DNA of 64,000 bases, taken from assembly GCF_964355755.1 (NCBI RefSeq), contig NC_092680.1, positions 8,804,001-8,868,000 of the forward strand, in the 5' to 3' direction. Positions 1 through 12,827 of the stretch are shown here, piece after piece. This DNA comes from Antedon mediterranea. Its lineage: Eukaryota > Animalia > Echinodermata. Under the pieces are notes generated by a model, which was not told the origin of the DNA, did no database searches, and was given only the letters and a program-made list of their open reading frames with translations. A program made the position numbers and the translations under genes. Every line of letters starts with the position of its first letter. The first letter of the stretch is position 1.

Positions 1-755
1 TAAATGGTGACTTGTATAAAGTAAAAGACATACCGATTATCAAAATGTTTAATACACAGTACAAACTTGTTGGTACCATTATAAAAACACTTGATAATGA
101 TCAACAATTACACACAGTATAATTCATTTCGATGAAACACAATTTATAAGAATAAAATAAATCATGACATACAGTAATTGCAATTTTCAAAATTTGATGA
201 ACTATTTTATTTCAAAACAAACTGTAGTGTGGCCAAACAAGTTAAACATTATAAAGAGGTGTTTAGTAGGCTTACTGAGAACCAATTTCATGGTATAAAT
301 TGGGGAATGGGCTCTTATTATACTATACCCAATATCTGGATATGCCTACTGTAAATTTAAAGGAGAGAAAACCTAATAAGATGGTTATATTGTAATGCCA
401 AAAAAGACCTTGCTGTAGCAATGGCAGACAGATTAGGTTCCGTTATGTAAGTAAGATTATATTGTAAGGTATTGTTACTGTGGTTTTTTAACGAATTGAG
501 TTGTGAAAGTGACTGACAATAGTATAGTGACCTACTAAATAGTTACTCAAAGTCAGGATACTGTGCAATACAATCACTATCTTTTAAAACTTGAACCTTT
601 GTTCAAATCACACCACCATCTTTCCTGCTGCCTCACACATGCTCATTCATTTCTAGTTAATTGTACCAGTACAAGCCACACATTTTTTTGAAACAGTATT
701 ATTCTACACAAATTCATATTAGTATTAGTGTGCAGTAAACTTGTTATAGTGTATA

Positions 756-836
756 ATGGAGAATATTATTAATAGTGAAAATGATTTGAGACAACGGCAC
801 ACAGGTCATGCCAAAGGTGAATCATCAGAAGATTCT
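756..836 (+). CDS. ADIPOR: Adiponectin receptor (PAQR family), coding exon 1 of 6
   Basis: ATG at 756, reads MENIINSENDLRQRHTGHAKGESSEDS, donor GTAAGT at 837. Phase 0 matches exon 2. Candidate upstream acceptor TTTCTAG ends at 656. The paralogous copy at 3037 begins with the same MENIIN. Confidence 0.8.
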
Positions 837-2209
837 GTAAGTATCTTACAGTAAATAGCTTTCCAGTATTTTTTATCATAAAAGTAACTTTATACAACAT
901 CTTGCATGTTATTAAGGAGCTTTATATTTAATACGATAACCTAGGAGCTAAGTCATGTTTGGTTGTTTCTATGTCCAAACAACAACGGTACATTTATGCA
1001 TACTGTAGGTCCTCATTGCTTATTTATAGCTTCTCCCTATTTAATGTTATATAAATTCTTTATTTCTGTTTTATTTCTGGTTTAATTTAGCTTTTTTGTT
1101 ATTTTATTTTTATTTCCATTGAGATCCAGCATTGTTATTTTTTTTCAGTAATTTGATTTAATACTATATTACATAGCCAAAGTAAGCCTACTGTAGGCCA
1201 AGCTTAAGAGGTAAACCTATTGTAGTATTTCACCAACTTTTAGTATTACCTTTAATACCCACCTTATACTTCGAAAATTCTATAATGAACAAAACTATCC
1301 TACTACGGTAACTGTTACAATAAACTGAAACCATTTTTGACTATTATAATGTGATTTCCTTGTATAAATATTGTGTATTTACTTTTTTAATTTTAATAAT
1401 ACACAATATCCTGAATTACTGTAAATGTAAACAAAGCGGATTTGACTCTGTTTTACTTCTGGAATCTATGGTTTACTTATTGTGTAACTAGTTGCAATAT
1501 CTTACAGTACACATGGACAGGCTAAATGATCACCAGTTATTTCCATTTGAAAATGTCTGTTCTGTGACATCATCATTTTAACCTACTGTATGTTTTTGTT
1601 CAAACAATATGGAAATATCTTATCTTATTAGGTTGTAATTCAATAGAAAAAAATGTCAAAGTCAAGCAAAGTCAAAGTCAAAACTGTTTTCTACAGTAAA
1701 CAAAATAGGATATTTCTTCACTTTATTATTACTATTAATGTTATGAAGCTATATTCACACAAGCCACGATTCATCATTAATTGCAGCTACACTGTATATA
1801 GCCAGTTTATGTTTGTTCTGTACTATACAGTAGTTTAATTTTAAGGTTGAAATATATTTTGATATAACTTTAATTTCTGGTACATACAGAGTGTTATACT
1901 TCCACCCAACCATAATCAAATAATTTTGTAGTCAATCAATTATTTTTTCACTGCAGATAAAAATTGCACAGTAAACAACCGGGTATTTTAAATTAAGCTG
2001 CCAAAAAATGGAATTGTAGGTTATTACAATGTGTAGTTGTGTGCTCCCACCAGAAACAGACCCTAACATGTCAACACTACAATATGTCTTTATATGAATC
2101 AGTCTTATCTTAGAGTCACAGTAGACCTTCAAGTACAGTATGAATTACTGTAAGGTAACTAACTATGAATATGAAATTGAGCATGATCTCACAATTGTCT
2201 TTTTTACAG

Positions 2210-2684
2210 TGTGATGATTACAACTCAGATATTGATCAAAATGAAGAATGCGACGTAGACATGATCACGTTTCCCCGACAAGCTGTCAAAGCTGGACGGG
2301 AGGCAGCAAAACGAGCAGCAGAGGCTGCAGGACGTGCTAAGGAGCGTGCATCCGAAGCAGCTGGACGTGTATCGGAATGTGCACACGAGGCTGCTGAACG
2401 TGTATCGGAGCGCGCTCACGAGGTGGCCGAACGAGCTGGTCGTATGAAGGATAAGGCGGCTGAAGCTGCAGCCAGCACGGCAGAGAATGCTAAACGTTAT
2501 GGTCGCAAGGTGAAGGAGGCTTTTGTATGGAAGGTCACACATTTCAACTTATTACCTTCATGGCTAAAAGATAATGAATTTCTTCATGATTATCATCGAC
2601 CACAACTACCATCATTTAAAGTCTGTTTTAAATCAATGTTCAGAATACACACAGAAACCGGAAATATATGGACACATCTTCTTG
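2210..2684 (+). CDS. ADIPOR: Adiponectin receptor coding exon 2 (acidic stretch, 11-mer repeats, conserved pre-TM1 region)
   Basis: Acceptor TTTTTTACAG ends 2209. Encodes WKVTHFNLLPSWLKDNEFLHDYHRPQLPSFKVCFKSMFRIHTETGNIWTHLLG, the hallmark ADIPOR1/2 motif. Donor GTAAGT at 2685, phase 1. Confidence 0.95.
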
Positions 2685-3036
2685 GTAAGTATATGATAGT
2701 TTACACCACAAGGCAAATCCTTCACGATTGCATTGTGGTATGTTTTTGCCAAAATTTCTACATTACGTAATCTCAAAGTTAGGATACTGTACTGTATCTT
2801 GTTTTGTACAAAGAATGTATGCAATCACTATCTATTGCTAGTGCTCAATATAAAAGATAAAAATGAACCTTTGTCCAAATCAATCCGATAGCAAATCACA
2901 CCACCAGCTAGCCTACTCACATGCTCATTCATTTCTAGCTGAGTGTACAAGCCACACATTTTTTTGTACAGTTTTTATTCTACAAAAGTTCATATACTTT
3001 TGAGGGACTGTAAACTGGTTAATTTAGTGTATTATA

Positions 3037-3313
3037 ATGGAGAATATTATTAATAATAAAAATGATATGCAACAACGGCACAGAGGTCATGCCGAACATC
3101 CTGCTGAAGCTGCAGCCAGCACGGCAACAAATGCTAAACGGTATGGTCACAATATATGGAAGGTCACACATTACAATTTACTACCTTCATGGCTAAGAGA
3201 TAATGAATTTCTTCATGATTATCATCGACCACAGCTACCATCATTTAAAGTTTGTTTTAAATCAATACTCAGAATACACTCAGAAACTGGAAATATATGG
3301 ACACATCTTCTTG
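3037..3313 (+). CDS. ADIPOR: Duplicated, fused exon1+exon2 copy: candidate alternative first coding exon of the adiponectin receptor
   Basis: Open frame MENIINNKNDMQQRHRGHA-EHP-AEAAASTATNAKRYGHNIWKVTH...TGNIWTHLLG. Intact GTAAGT donor at 3314 in phase 1, compatible with the exon at 5311. Flanks 2865-3036 and 3314-3379 resemble 593-755 and 2685-2763. Confidence 0.65.
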
Positions 3314-5310
3314 GTAAGTATACACGACAAAGCAAATCCTTCACTATTGTATTGGAATGTTTTGCCCCAAATGCTACATACTACAGTTTTCTTAGAAAAT
3401 ACTTTTCATAAAGGAAGCATTTACAGAGCAGCCTGATTATCTTGACAAGCTCATAAACAAGGAAAAGGAAATGCAGATGGCAATTTGTACAATCATGATA
3501 AGATCATGCTTCCTTTCCTTAGAAAAAACATTCAACATAGTCTATTTCCTGCCTGCTTACCTGGATAAACCAACAATATAGCTTCTCTCTCCGAAGAGAG
3601 GGATACAATTACGAAAAGGAAAATCCGTATATAAAATAGCACCCCTATCGGATAATGCACGCATTAAGTGTTCACCTTTTATATTCTGTACAATACATTT
3701 TTCTATTTTAGAAATACATTACTTTGTTAAGCTAAATATTAATAACTGCTATTTAATAATTAATAGAACTGTGTACAACTAAAAACAAACTTCCACTACT
3801 GCAGGAGTAGTAACAATTAGCAGGTACAATATTATTTCCAACACAACAACATTAGAATTAACAGGGACCATCATGTACAACCATCATATAAATAAAATAA
3901 CAACCAGAAAAATCCCAACTTGATATTGACATTTTCTAAGCAAACATTTAATAAGCAGTTTGTAACTCAAGTACCTGTACAATATTGAATATTAATTCTA
4001 AAAATAGTAATGTATAGTCTGGCTAAGTAGGTATAATAATAAAACCTGTTTATTACTGCATTACATATACTGTATATGGCGAAGACTCAATTACTTAGCC
4101 AACAGTATAGGTATAATGGATCATCCTGACGCAATAACCAATCATTATCCACATGTCATTTGAAACATTTATTGTTGTAGGTTTAGTACTGAATACTGAA
4201 CAATCAATGTTTGCATTTCTGTATGTTTAACAGCAGTTTTCTTCAGTAGAGATTTTTCCACACAGAAATTGCTATAAAGCATTATTCCTGCCATAGTGTA
4301 GTCATTACCTGTACACGTAAAAGAGACCCCAGCTAAAGGTGCAAAATAAAAGGCTTATATTATTATATTAATTACATACAGATTAAAAGGTGTTAAGAAT
4401 AATTTTTGATTGGATATTCCAATAGCTTGGTTTTATTTAAATCCATCACTGTATAAGGAGACCTCTTTACCACAATGTGATTAGGTCCAAACATGGATAA
4501 TGTACTCCATGGTCCAAAGTCTCTGCAAATGGTTGTCATACTTTCAATATTGTGTACAATCATTATATTGGTAGGAACTGAAGATAAAAAGTTGAATAAA
4601 AGCTGCTTAATAATTGTTTCTTTTCTTTTTTGCTTAATTGATACTTTATCTAAATGTATTTTAACTTCATTTTTACACTCACTGTACCTGCATAGTACTT
4701 GTTTGTATTGAAGTTTTACTGACCACCACCCTGTAATGAGCTCTATACTGATACATTTAATCTATGAACAACAATAATGTACCAGTATTTATAGCAATAA
4801 TAATAGCCTAGCTCATAATAGCAATAACAGTAAGACCATTTCCTGGACTAAATGCAATAATTGAATTTTAAATACCCCAATGGACTGCCCATAACAGCTG
4901 CTTCTTTCAGTATATATCATGCACAATGGTTTATTGAATTTAATTAATCAATTTCGTAATTTAACATTGCATAATTAATTGTTACTGTGATCAATATGGG
5001 TTGAGATATTAATTTCAGTCAAGGTTAGATATATATTTAGTACTTGGTCAGTTAACCATTTACTATGCATAACCATACACACGTGTTTAAATACAATTGA
5101 TATACTATCTAATGCTTGTTATAGTTATTGTTGAGAGCATGTGGATCTTAAACTGTTTAATGTATTTTTTAACCAAAAGGTACAATATTGTATTATGTGT
5201 GTATGTACATAGATTACCGTAGAACAATGGAATCATAGTGACATTTGCATGTCTGACATCCCCTGCAAGTTGGCTTGCATACTGTATAATCCATGCCTTT
5301 ATCATTACAG

Positions 5311-5494
5311 GTTGTTTAGCTTTCTTTTCACTTATGATCTACTATCTGGTGACATCAATTTTAGCAGACATCAAATGGCAGGAGATTACTGTGTATGTAG
5401 CATTCTTTATTAGTGCCATCGTTTGTATGGGATTCTCTTGGATTTTCCACACATGTTACTGCCACTCACTAGAAGCTGCCAAGTTATTTAGCAA
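5311..5494 (+). CDS. ADIPOR: Adiponectin receptor coding exon 3 (TM1-TM2)
   Basis: Acceptor ATTACAG ends 5310. Reads GCLAFFSLMIYYLV...CMGFSWIFHTCYCHSLEAAKLFSK, containing the SxxxH zinc motif. Donor GTAAGT at 5495, phase 2. Confidence 0.95.
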
Positions 5495-6887
5495 GTAAGT
5501 AAATGCTCAAGTCTTCCTCATTGCTATTGTTGTTCTTTGCTAGGTATATTTGTCATCACATTATTATTATTACAGTATTAAGAGTATTATTAATAATAAT
5601 ACTTGCCCAAGACAAATTTATCTTGGTTTTTCCTTTTGATTTTACTTTTTGGGACTTTGCCACTTTCAAAACTTAAGAAATGTATTACCATTTTTTAAGA
5701 CACTGCTTTAGATTTCCAGTCTGTTTTATTCTCATAAAATATTTGTAAATTAAAAGAAATGTTTTTTTTTTATTGTTATTTTGTTTTGAAAGAAATAAAT
5801 GTTAACTTGAATTGAATGTGACCATCGTCAACTCAACATTCATCCTTATAATTGTCCGAAACATCTGTAAATCATATCATATCATGAAGGCATAGCCAAA
5901 CAAGAGAGGCATTAAATAATTGGGGGGAAAATATATCAGACTTACTATAAAGGATTTGGATGATTTGGAAAAAAAAAAATCTCCGGCAGGAATCAGCATT
6001 TATTATAATACACCATGAATACCAGCGCAGGTGCTTTCCAGACATGGAAAAGATAGAAAAGAAAAGAAATGCATTTTTTCACCATTCGTTAAATTAAAAA
6101 ACCAAAGCCTCCTTTAGTAGAGCCTACAGTAAATAAAGTATTTATACATACAGTGTCTGGATGTTTTTTCCATATGAAAAATAATCGAGAGAAATTGCAC
6201 CTTCACAAGTACCAAAGATATTAGAAATATGCAATTATCAATATAATCGGGAGGTCTGACTTTCAATAAAACAACGTTTTTACCTTTGATAATTCAAAGC
6301 TCTCATTAGCATTTTAAATTCTACTCTTTATTTGTGAACTTCTACTTTCTTTACTCTGTTGTGGATTTATGTAATCCTACTAGGATGCAACTAATCCCTG
6401 GCTTGTTGTTCAAGCCATGCTTCTATCATTATAGTCCTTGATAGTTATCATAACAAGGCTTTTTTTTCGTAATTAAGACATAAGCTTTTAATACTAGGGC
6501 TGTTAAATCTCTCCTGCAGAGAACATAATCAAATATGTATTAGTCTATCAAATCATATCCATCTACTGTACGCAAGAAACAATGTGGAAATCCCTATTAA
6601 AAAAGGGATTGTAGAAACATCCTGATCACGTCTGTTCTGTTGAGATAAATAACTAGTTAAATTGTACATCATGACGCTCAGCAGAAAATAATTCACAAAT
6701 AATTGTTAAAACACCAAATCAGACATATTAATGCTATATACCTGGTATTGGTGATTTTTTAAACTGCAAAATACAAAAATTATCATTAGGTAACATAATG
6801 TAAAAATATGTTGGCTGAACTGAGGACACACTGATGAATTACTGCCTTATTTTTGTCCTAATTTAACATTAATTTTTATTTTAACAG

Positions 6888-7075
6888 ACTGGATTACTCA
6901 GGAATAACAGTACTCATCGTTGGATCATTTATACCATGGCTGTATTTTGGATTTTACTGTGATAATCTGAAGCGCTGCCTTTACATTGGTTTGATAGTCA
7001 TTTTAGGTCTTATCTCTGCTGTTGTTGCCTTGAGAGATAAATTTAGCACTCCTGCTTATAGGCCTATACGAGCTG
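6888..7075 (+). CDS. ADIPOR: Adiponectin receptor coding exon 4 (TM3-TM4); absent from the ORF track
   Basis: Acceptor TTTTAACAG ends 6887. Manual translation gives (K)LDYSGITVLIVGSFIPWLYFGFYCDNLKRCLYIGLIVILGLISAVVALRDKFSTPAYRPIRA. Donor GTAAGT at 7076, phase 1. Confidence 0.95.
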
Positions 7076-7085
7076 GTAAGTAAAT

Positions 7086-7192
7086 ACCCTTTCACATCGC
7101 CTAGCAAAACTTTGGAGTTTACACACCGGGGCCCACAGCATACAAAATACTGGTGTTGATGCCCCAGTTTGTGTAAACGCAGAGTGAAAAGG
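7086..7192. mobile_element. Small degenerate MITE-like inverted repeat in ADIPOR intron 4
   Basis: CCCTTTCACA...GTTTACACACCGGGGC pairs imperfectly with GCCCCAGTTTGTGTAAAC...GTGAAAAGG. Confidence 0.4.
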
Positions 7193-8148
7193 ATGATACA
7201 GGCATTGATTGCTTACATTCATTCAGTCAGTCAGTCAGTCAAACAAACAAAAAACACCTTACATACTCCCACATACCACATCTACTTTTGAAACTGTTAT
7301 TCAAAAATAGAAAATTGCGTTACTGCTAGTACTACTTCAATCATCTTAAAATGGAATTAAAATAGTAAGTGAAACTACAGTACTACTGAATTAATAATTG
7401 TGGTGCTTAATGCTTGCCTGCCATGGTTTCTAATCAATAATGTCTTGTGACTTATTCAGTTAAGATCGGTTTCTTCTGCATAGTGACGAATAAACCATTT
7501 ATCTCAAAATAGATTTAAAATATAATGTTTATATTGACTGCAGTTCTGCTTAATTTTTGCTCTAAATAACCGTTTAAATCAGTGGGTGGTCGTTGACAGA
7601 AATCATTAGCATTAATACCCAAAATACAGTTGATTCAAACGTTACTGCAGTGTAGTTGACTCAACTGATGTCAGTGGCTGTCAATAAAATAACCGTTATT
7701 TTGCGTTGGAGCTAAAAGTTGCACAGCAATAACCGGTTAAATGGCGTTCTAACCCTAAATAGATTGGGTGTTTTTAAGCGTTATTTTCAGGCTGCCATTT
7801 AACCGATTGCTGAAAATTTGTCCTGTTTCTGCTGCCAAGAAATTGGGGTTAGTTTATTCACACAGTTAATAACTGGTTATTTTTTCGAATCAGAAATATG
7901 ACCTTAGAAACATTTGTGCTCAAAGAAAATTAAGACTTTGCTATTCAAATTGTCAGCACTAAATATTGCATACTACTACAAATCTAAATTAATGAACAGA
8001 TTGTAAGTTGATTATGGCTTCACACTCAACAAGTACACACTTTAATCAGCTTCAAATTACACATCCATAATAATCATGTACGTAATCAATTGTACATTTA
8101 TGTAAATTTATGCACATACATAATGTTGTGTATTGTTGTTCTCCACAG

Positions 8149-8342
8149 CCGTATTCATAACGCTTGGTTTAAGCGCCATAATACCAGCTATTCATTTTGT
8201 CATTCTGAATGGCTTCACCTTAGCCTTACAGGCCGGATCACTGCAATGGATGGTCTTAATGGGTTCGCTATACATTGGTGGCGCTGTTTTATATGCAGCT
8301 AGGATTCCAGAAAGACTATTTCCTGGAAAATGTGATATATGG
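8149..8342 (+). CDS. ADIPOR: Adiponectin receptor coding exon 5 (TM5-TM6)
   Basis: Acceptor CTCCACAG ends 8148. Reads AVFITLGLSAIIPAIHF...LYAARIPERLFPGKCDIW. Donor GTCAGT at 8343, phase 0. Confidence 0.95.
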
Positions 8343-8654
8343 GTCAGTTTTTTTAAATTTATAATTGTGAAAGAGTGCACCCTTGCAAAACCCACTGTGC
8401 TTATCACAGTTGGACTGTTTTTGCTGAAGTGCCCTTTCAAACAAGATATCAGCAGCAGAAGTGATGGTAAATAGGTTCCTACCTAACCTAGCTCATGATG
8501 ATTTTGGTCCCTATTGTGAAAAAAAGATACGTCCCATAAAAATCCTGGCTATAGGCTTGTCATACAGCCAAAATTCAAAGGCTGGTTTTATATATATTAT
8601 TTTTAAATTTACAGACTAATGTATATTTTTTGTTTGTCATTGTTTTCTTTACAG

Positions 8655-8825
8655 TTCCAAAGTCATCAGATATTTCATATAATGGTAATAGCAGCAGCGT
8701 TTGTACATTATCATGGACTCAACCTCATGGCAAAGTATCGCGAACGAGTGGGTGAATGTGATGCTGGCCTACAAGTAGACACTGAAACAATATTTATGAC
8801 AACGTTGACACAAACTGTAATGTAA
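8655..8825 (+). CDS. ADIPOR: Adiponectin receptor last coding exon (TM7, HxxxH zinc motif, stop)
   Basis: Acceptor TTTCTTTACAG ends 8654. Reads FQSHQIFHIMVIAAAFVHYHG...QTVM then TAA. The six exons sum to 1293 nt, i.e. 430 aa plus stop. Confidence 0.93.
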   Translation, partial: FQSHQIFHIMVIAAAFVHYHGLNLMAKYRERVGECDAGLQVDTETIFMTTLTQTVM

Positions 8826-10125
8826 AATGAATCTTCTCAAATCAATCTCACAACTCAGGCAATCATTACAGGAATGTATAGTATTACGTTCAACTTTATT
8901 TATCCATGGAAGAAGCCCAGATGGTTATTCTTTCCTGGAGCCTTGTACATATAGAAATGAAGAGTATTACACTATTTACAAGTTTGATAATATAAATGTC
9001 TACAAAAATGGTGCCATTTTTCAACATTACTTGGGTTTTACTATCAATCTTGGAGATAATATGGAATAACCAAAACGGTTACCATGAAAGTTTGCATTTA
9101 TAACAAGTTGGACTGATGTATAATCAGGTACTTCTTTCAAGTGAAAAACATTTATTATTAGCAGCTTTCATACAATTGGCTGCCTTTGACATTTGCCAGA
9201 TGCAAAACTAAATTCAAGTGATAAATCGCAGTACAGTGCACCTTTTTTCTCACAAACTTGCTCAAGAAAAAATTTTGAACTGTTGGTGCTGGTAGGGTAA
9301 ACTGAAGCGTGGAAATATTGCACCCATTTGAGTGACTAAAGGGGTCTAAATTGAAATTATTAAGTGCATTTTGTGGAAATTTGAAGAGTATTACATCACA
9401 TGATACAGCATCATAAACTACAAACATAAGAATATTACAAACTTCACATGCTACTAAAATATCAACTATTTTTAGTGTTGTTGTAGCTTGTGCGACAAAA
9501 TTTGAAAATTGTCTACATTATGATGTTTTAGAATATTTTGTAATAAAAATGGACTAACCTTGTTTGGTATGGTATTTTTAATAAAAATTAAATGAGATAA
9601 TAATTTAAGCATAGTGACATAATATATAAGATATATAAAATATATTGAACTTTATCAAAATTGAAAAGGCATAGGCATAGTGTCTAATTTCTCTTGTTTT
9701 AATATGCCTACCGGTACCAGAAAACAAAGCCTAATGAAAGCTCAGGTACAGGCATGAATTTTAAATATAATATCTGGTTAATTGTACATAAAACAATTAT
9801 TGGTAACAGAAATCAAGACGAAAAAACATGAATTTCCCTTAATAATATGGTCAAATACAACATACGACTTTTTTTCAGTAGTTAGGTAGTTAACCTAATG
9901 TAATAAGATGTCTGGTGACTCCCTAGAAGCTATAGCAAGAAAATAAAAATATAAAGTTGAATAAAAATACCAGAAATGTAATATTCAAGTTATACTGTAT
10001 TACCTATATTTAGTCATTTAGTCAAACTATAGATCGATAATTATTGGAATGTATGATCAATAGAAATTTTTTGCCCGCACCTAGCCTTTAAGTTCAAGAA
10101 TCTTATACAAAGGACAAGATTAGTA

Positions 10126-10227
10126 AGTTCTGTCTACACTATCAAACTTTATGTGACAAAACAAATGTGATTTGCCCATATATGTACACAATGGTGTCAT
10201 ATCCCTGCCATATTTGATAGTGTAGAC
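10126..10227. mobile_element. Short TIR element (GTCTACACTATCAAA family), second copy at 28356
   Basis: Ends GTCTACACTATCAAA and TTTGATAGTGTAGAC. The 5' part is nearly the same as 28356-28420. Confidence 0.65.
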
Positions 10228-10614
10228 TTCGTTTAGCTTATGATATGGCACATCCCTCCTAATCTTTATTTTCCACTGCCAAACAAATTTGGAAAAATCT
10301 ATTATATTTATATGCCTTCAATTATAACATTGTATACATCAAAGAGCTGCATAGACAGAGTAGAAAATCAAAATATTTTGGTTTAAGTATATTATATATT
10401 TAGATATATGTATATATTTAAAAACAAATTTGCATTTAATATGTCATCATTGCACAAATTATAGCTTTTATTAGGTAATTTGTTATGTTATTATGTTATA
10501 TTATTAAGGACTTGAATACAATTTAATTTTTGTTTTTTGTAAACTTTAACTGTACAATTCTTTGTTTTGCAGTACGTACACATGTGTTCCCAAAAGGAAA
10601 TAAATAGAGATATT

Positions 10615-10934
10615 AGGGATTTTTTGCACAAGCATGTTAACTTTAAAGGACGACGTCAACATTATACTATTTGCACAACATAGTTTAGCAATCGGTTGCG
10701 TTAGCATAATTGTTCATTTTGATTTTGCTTTAAGTGTAGAACACACACATCGCGCACACAGCATACGCTGCTCTCATAAAACAAATCATGGAAGACCTGG
10801 GGTCTAGAGGCAAGGCCTCGCTAGGAATTTTCAAACTTGCATTGATTGGATGTCAGATAAACAGCATATTGAGATGTGAAACTGTTGTTTGGCTTAATTA
10901 AAAACATAACTTTATGTTCGTGCGAAAACTCTCT
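10615..10934. mobile_element. Old MITE with degenerate TIRs
   Basis: AGGGATTTTTTGCACAAGCAT versus the reverse complement of ATGTTCGTGCGAAAACTCTCT. Confidence 0.45.
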
Positions 10935-11613
10935 AAACTACTGCACTTTTCCTTTGGAACATACCACATACCACCTTATTCTTCAAAGTTGGGACAGTTT
11001 AACTGTTCTCAAAACTCGTCTTTGTGAATCTTATTGTTTTCAATCGCTGTGAGACCTAGGTAAAAAAAGAGTGCTACATATTCAGATTATTATAACCAAA
11101 ACATTAAAACATTCTCGACAATTATTTTCTTTTGAAAACACATGGTGTACTGCTTACTTTACAAGTTTTTATTCGACATGCAAACCTTTAAATAATATTG
11201 TACAATTCTTTTCCTTATTTCTATAATTTGTAAATGTTGTTTAAAGAATGAATTTAACTGAAAAGAAAATTAATTGCTTTCAATGTACTGGCTGACATGA
11301 AGACAGCAAAACTGACACATGGAACAGGTACAAATAAAGCACACAACTGATGTTGAGGATATCCAACCATCAAATACTGTACTAATTTTGTAATAAAACG
11401 TGCTATAATTATTAGGTTGTTATCGTCCTGCAAGGTTTGTAGCCACGACAATAGGTTTAAAGGGAACTATTAGTCAATTGTAAAAAATATTAGAAAAATT
11501 ATTAAATTATCTATTAAAAGGATAAACTTTAAACAAATTTGACTAGCTGTTTATTATTTGTAATAACCATCTTTTTGTTAATCTACTGATTGAATTATTT
11601 ATTCTTCCTTTAA

Positions 11614-11936
11614 AGACTATTTTTTTTTTACCTAATTTAAGGTCACACACTACATTTTATGTAAAAATTAATACCATATTGCGATCATTTTTTTCGTCTC
11701 AGTTAAAAATTTGAAAATTAAGTTAATTCTAATAATTTTAGCGACCCACTATAAATCCCAACACGAGTGAACTTTCGACGCAAGCTATTTAGGTAGTGCA
11801 CTGTTTTTCTCTTTTTATCATAATTAACCTTAGAACGTACATTTAAGACAAGAAATGACCTGGTTTAATGTGTTTAAAGTTATATAGGCCTATGCATTAT
11901 TTTTACAAAACGTCAACAATTGCATGTCTAGTGTCT
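11614..11936 (+). mobile_element. Internally deleted older copy of the Kolobok-like MITE at 22117
   Basis: Aligns by eye to 22150-22285 and 22585-22740 (CTATAAATCCCAA; TAGGTAGTGCA...ACGTACATTTAAGACAAG.AATGACCTGGTTTAATG...ACAAAACGTCA...GTGTCT). Confidence 0.65.
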
Positions 11937-12355
11937 TAAAATTAGTACTACAGTACTATACTTAAAATGGCACAGTACAGGAGAACAGAATAATAATAGT
12001 AGTATGCTACCCAACAAATGAAATGTCCCCAATATGGCTACTCAAATGAGTGTTGAACCCAAAAATGACAATGAAAAAATGTGTTTACTGTTATTTATTT
12101 ATTTAATCACACCCAGCAATTCTGGCTTATGAGTTAATGTACCATATGCTAATATATTGTAACGAAAATCCGTTCTCGGGTTCGTTCCCTTTTGGGGGGA
12201 GGGGTCTGCGGTACCACGGTACACTCGAATGAAACAAACAAATCAATTACAATTTCTGGAGTGACCTCCTTTATTCTTCTTTGATTCAAAATTATTGGTA
12301 ACAACCAATTAAAATAATTAATTAGATTAGTTCTGCTATTACGCCGGACTTGAAA

Positions 12356-12700
12356 CAACAGCGTAACCACCAGTAATGACGTAACCTCTAATAGTAGCGT
12401 AACCACCAACAACAGCGTAACCTCAAACATCACGTAACCACCAACAGGGGTGTAACCTCCACAGCAACGTAACCACCAACAATGGCGTAACCTTCACAGC
12501 AACGTAACCACACACAATGGTGTAACCTCCAACAATGGTGTAACCTCCACAGCAACATAACCACCAACAATGGCGTAACCTCCACAGCAACGTAACCACC
12601 AACAATGGTGTAACCTCCACAGCAACGTAACCACCAACAATGGCGTAACCACGTACCGGCTAACAGGGTAACCACCAGTAGTCTTAACCACTGGCTACCA
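12356..12700. repeat. Minisatellite, 35-bp unit made of 17/18-bp GTAACC subunits
   Basis: Unit GCGTAACCTCCACAGCAACGTAACCACCAACAATG; TAACCTCC recurs at 12541, 12576, 12611. Confidence 0.9.
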
Positions 12701-12827
12701 CCAGCAAAGCAGTATCACAACCACAGGGTGTACCACGGGCTAACTGTATCTCAAGCAGTAACGCAACCAGTAGTAGTAGTAGTAGTATAGGTGCAACCTC
12801 CGGCTCAGCTATGTCTCAAATAGTGAT

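Noticed and set aside
2165-2209. ATG at 2165 as the ADIPOR start
   Set aside because: The sequence is a polypyrimidine tract plus acceptor. The phase-compatible exon at 756-836, whose start is conserved in the duplicate, is the better start.
2225-2542. Antisense ORFs over ADIPOR exons (also 8192-8440)
   Set aside because: Shadow frames of real coding exons.
8827-9069. 80-aa ORF starting just after the ADIPOR stop
   Set aside because: Lies in the presumed 3' UTR, out of frame with the CDS, with no recognisable motif; likely chance.
12149-12691. Overlapping ORFs (EVTPLLVVTLL / GGYAIVGGYVAV)
   Set aside because: Products of the 35-bp minisatellite; the unit length is not a multiple of 3.
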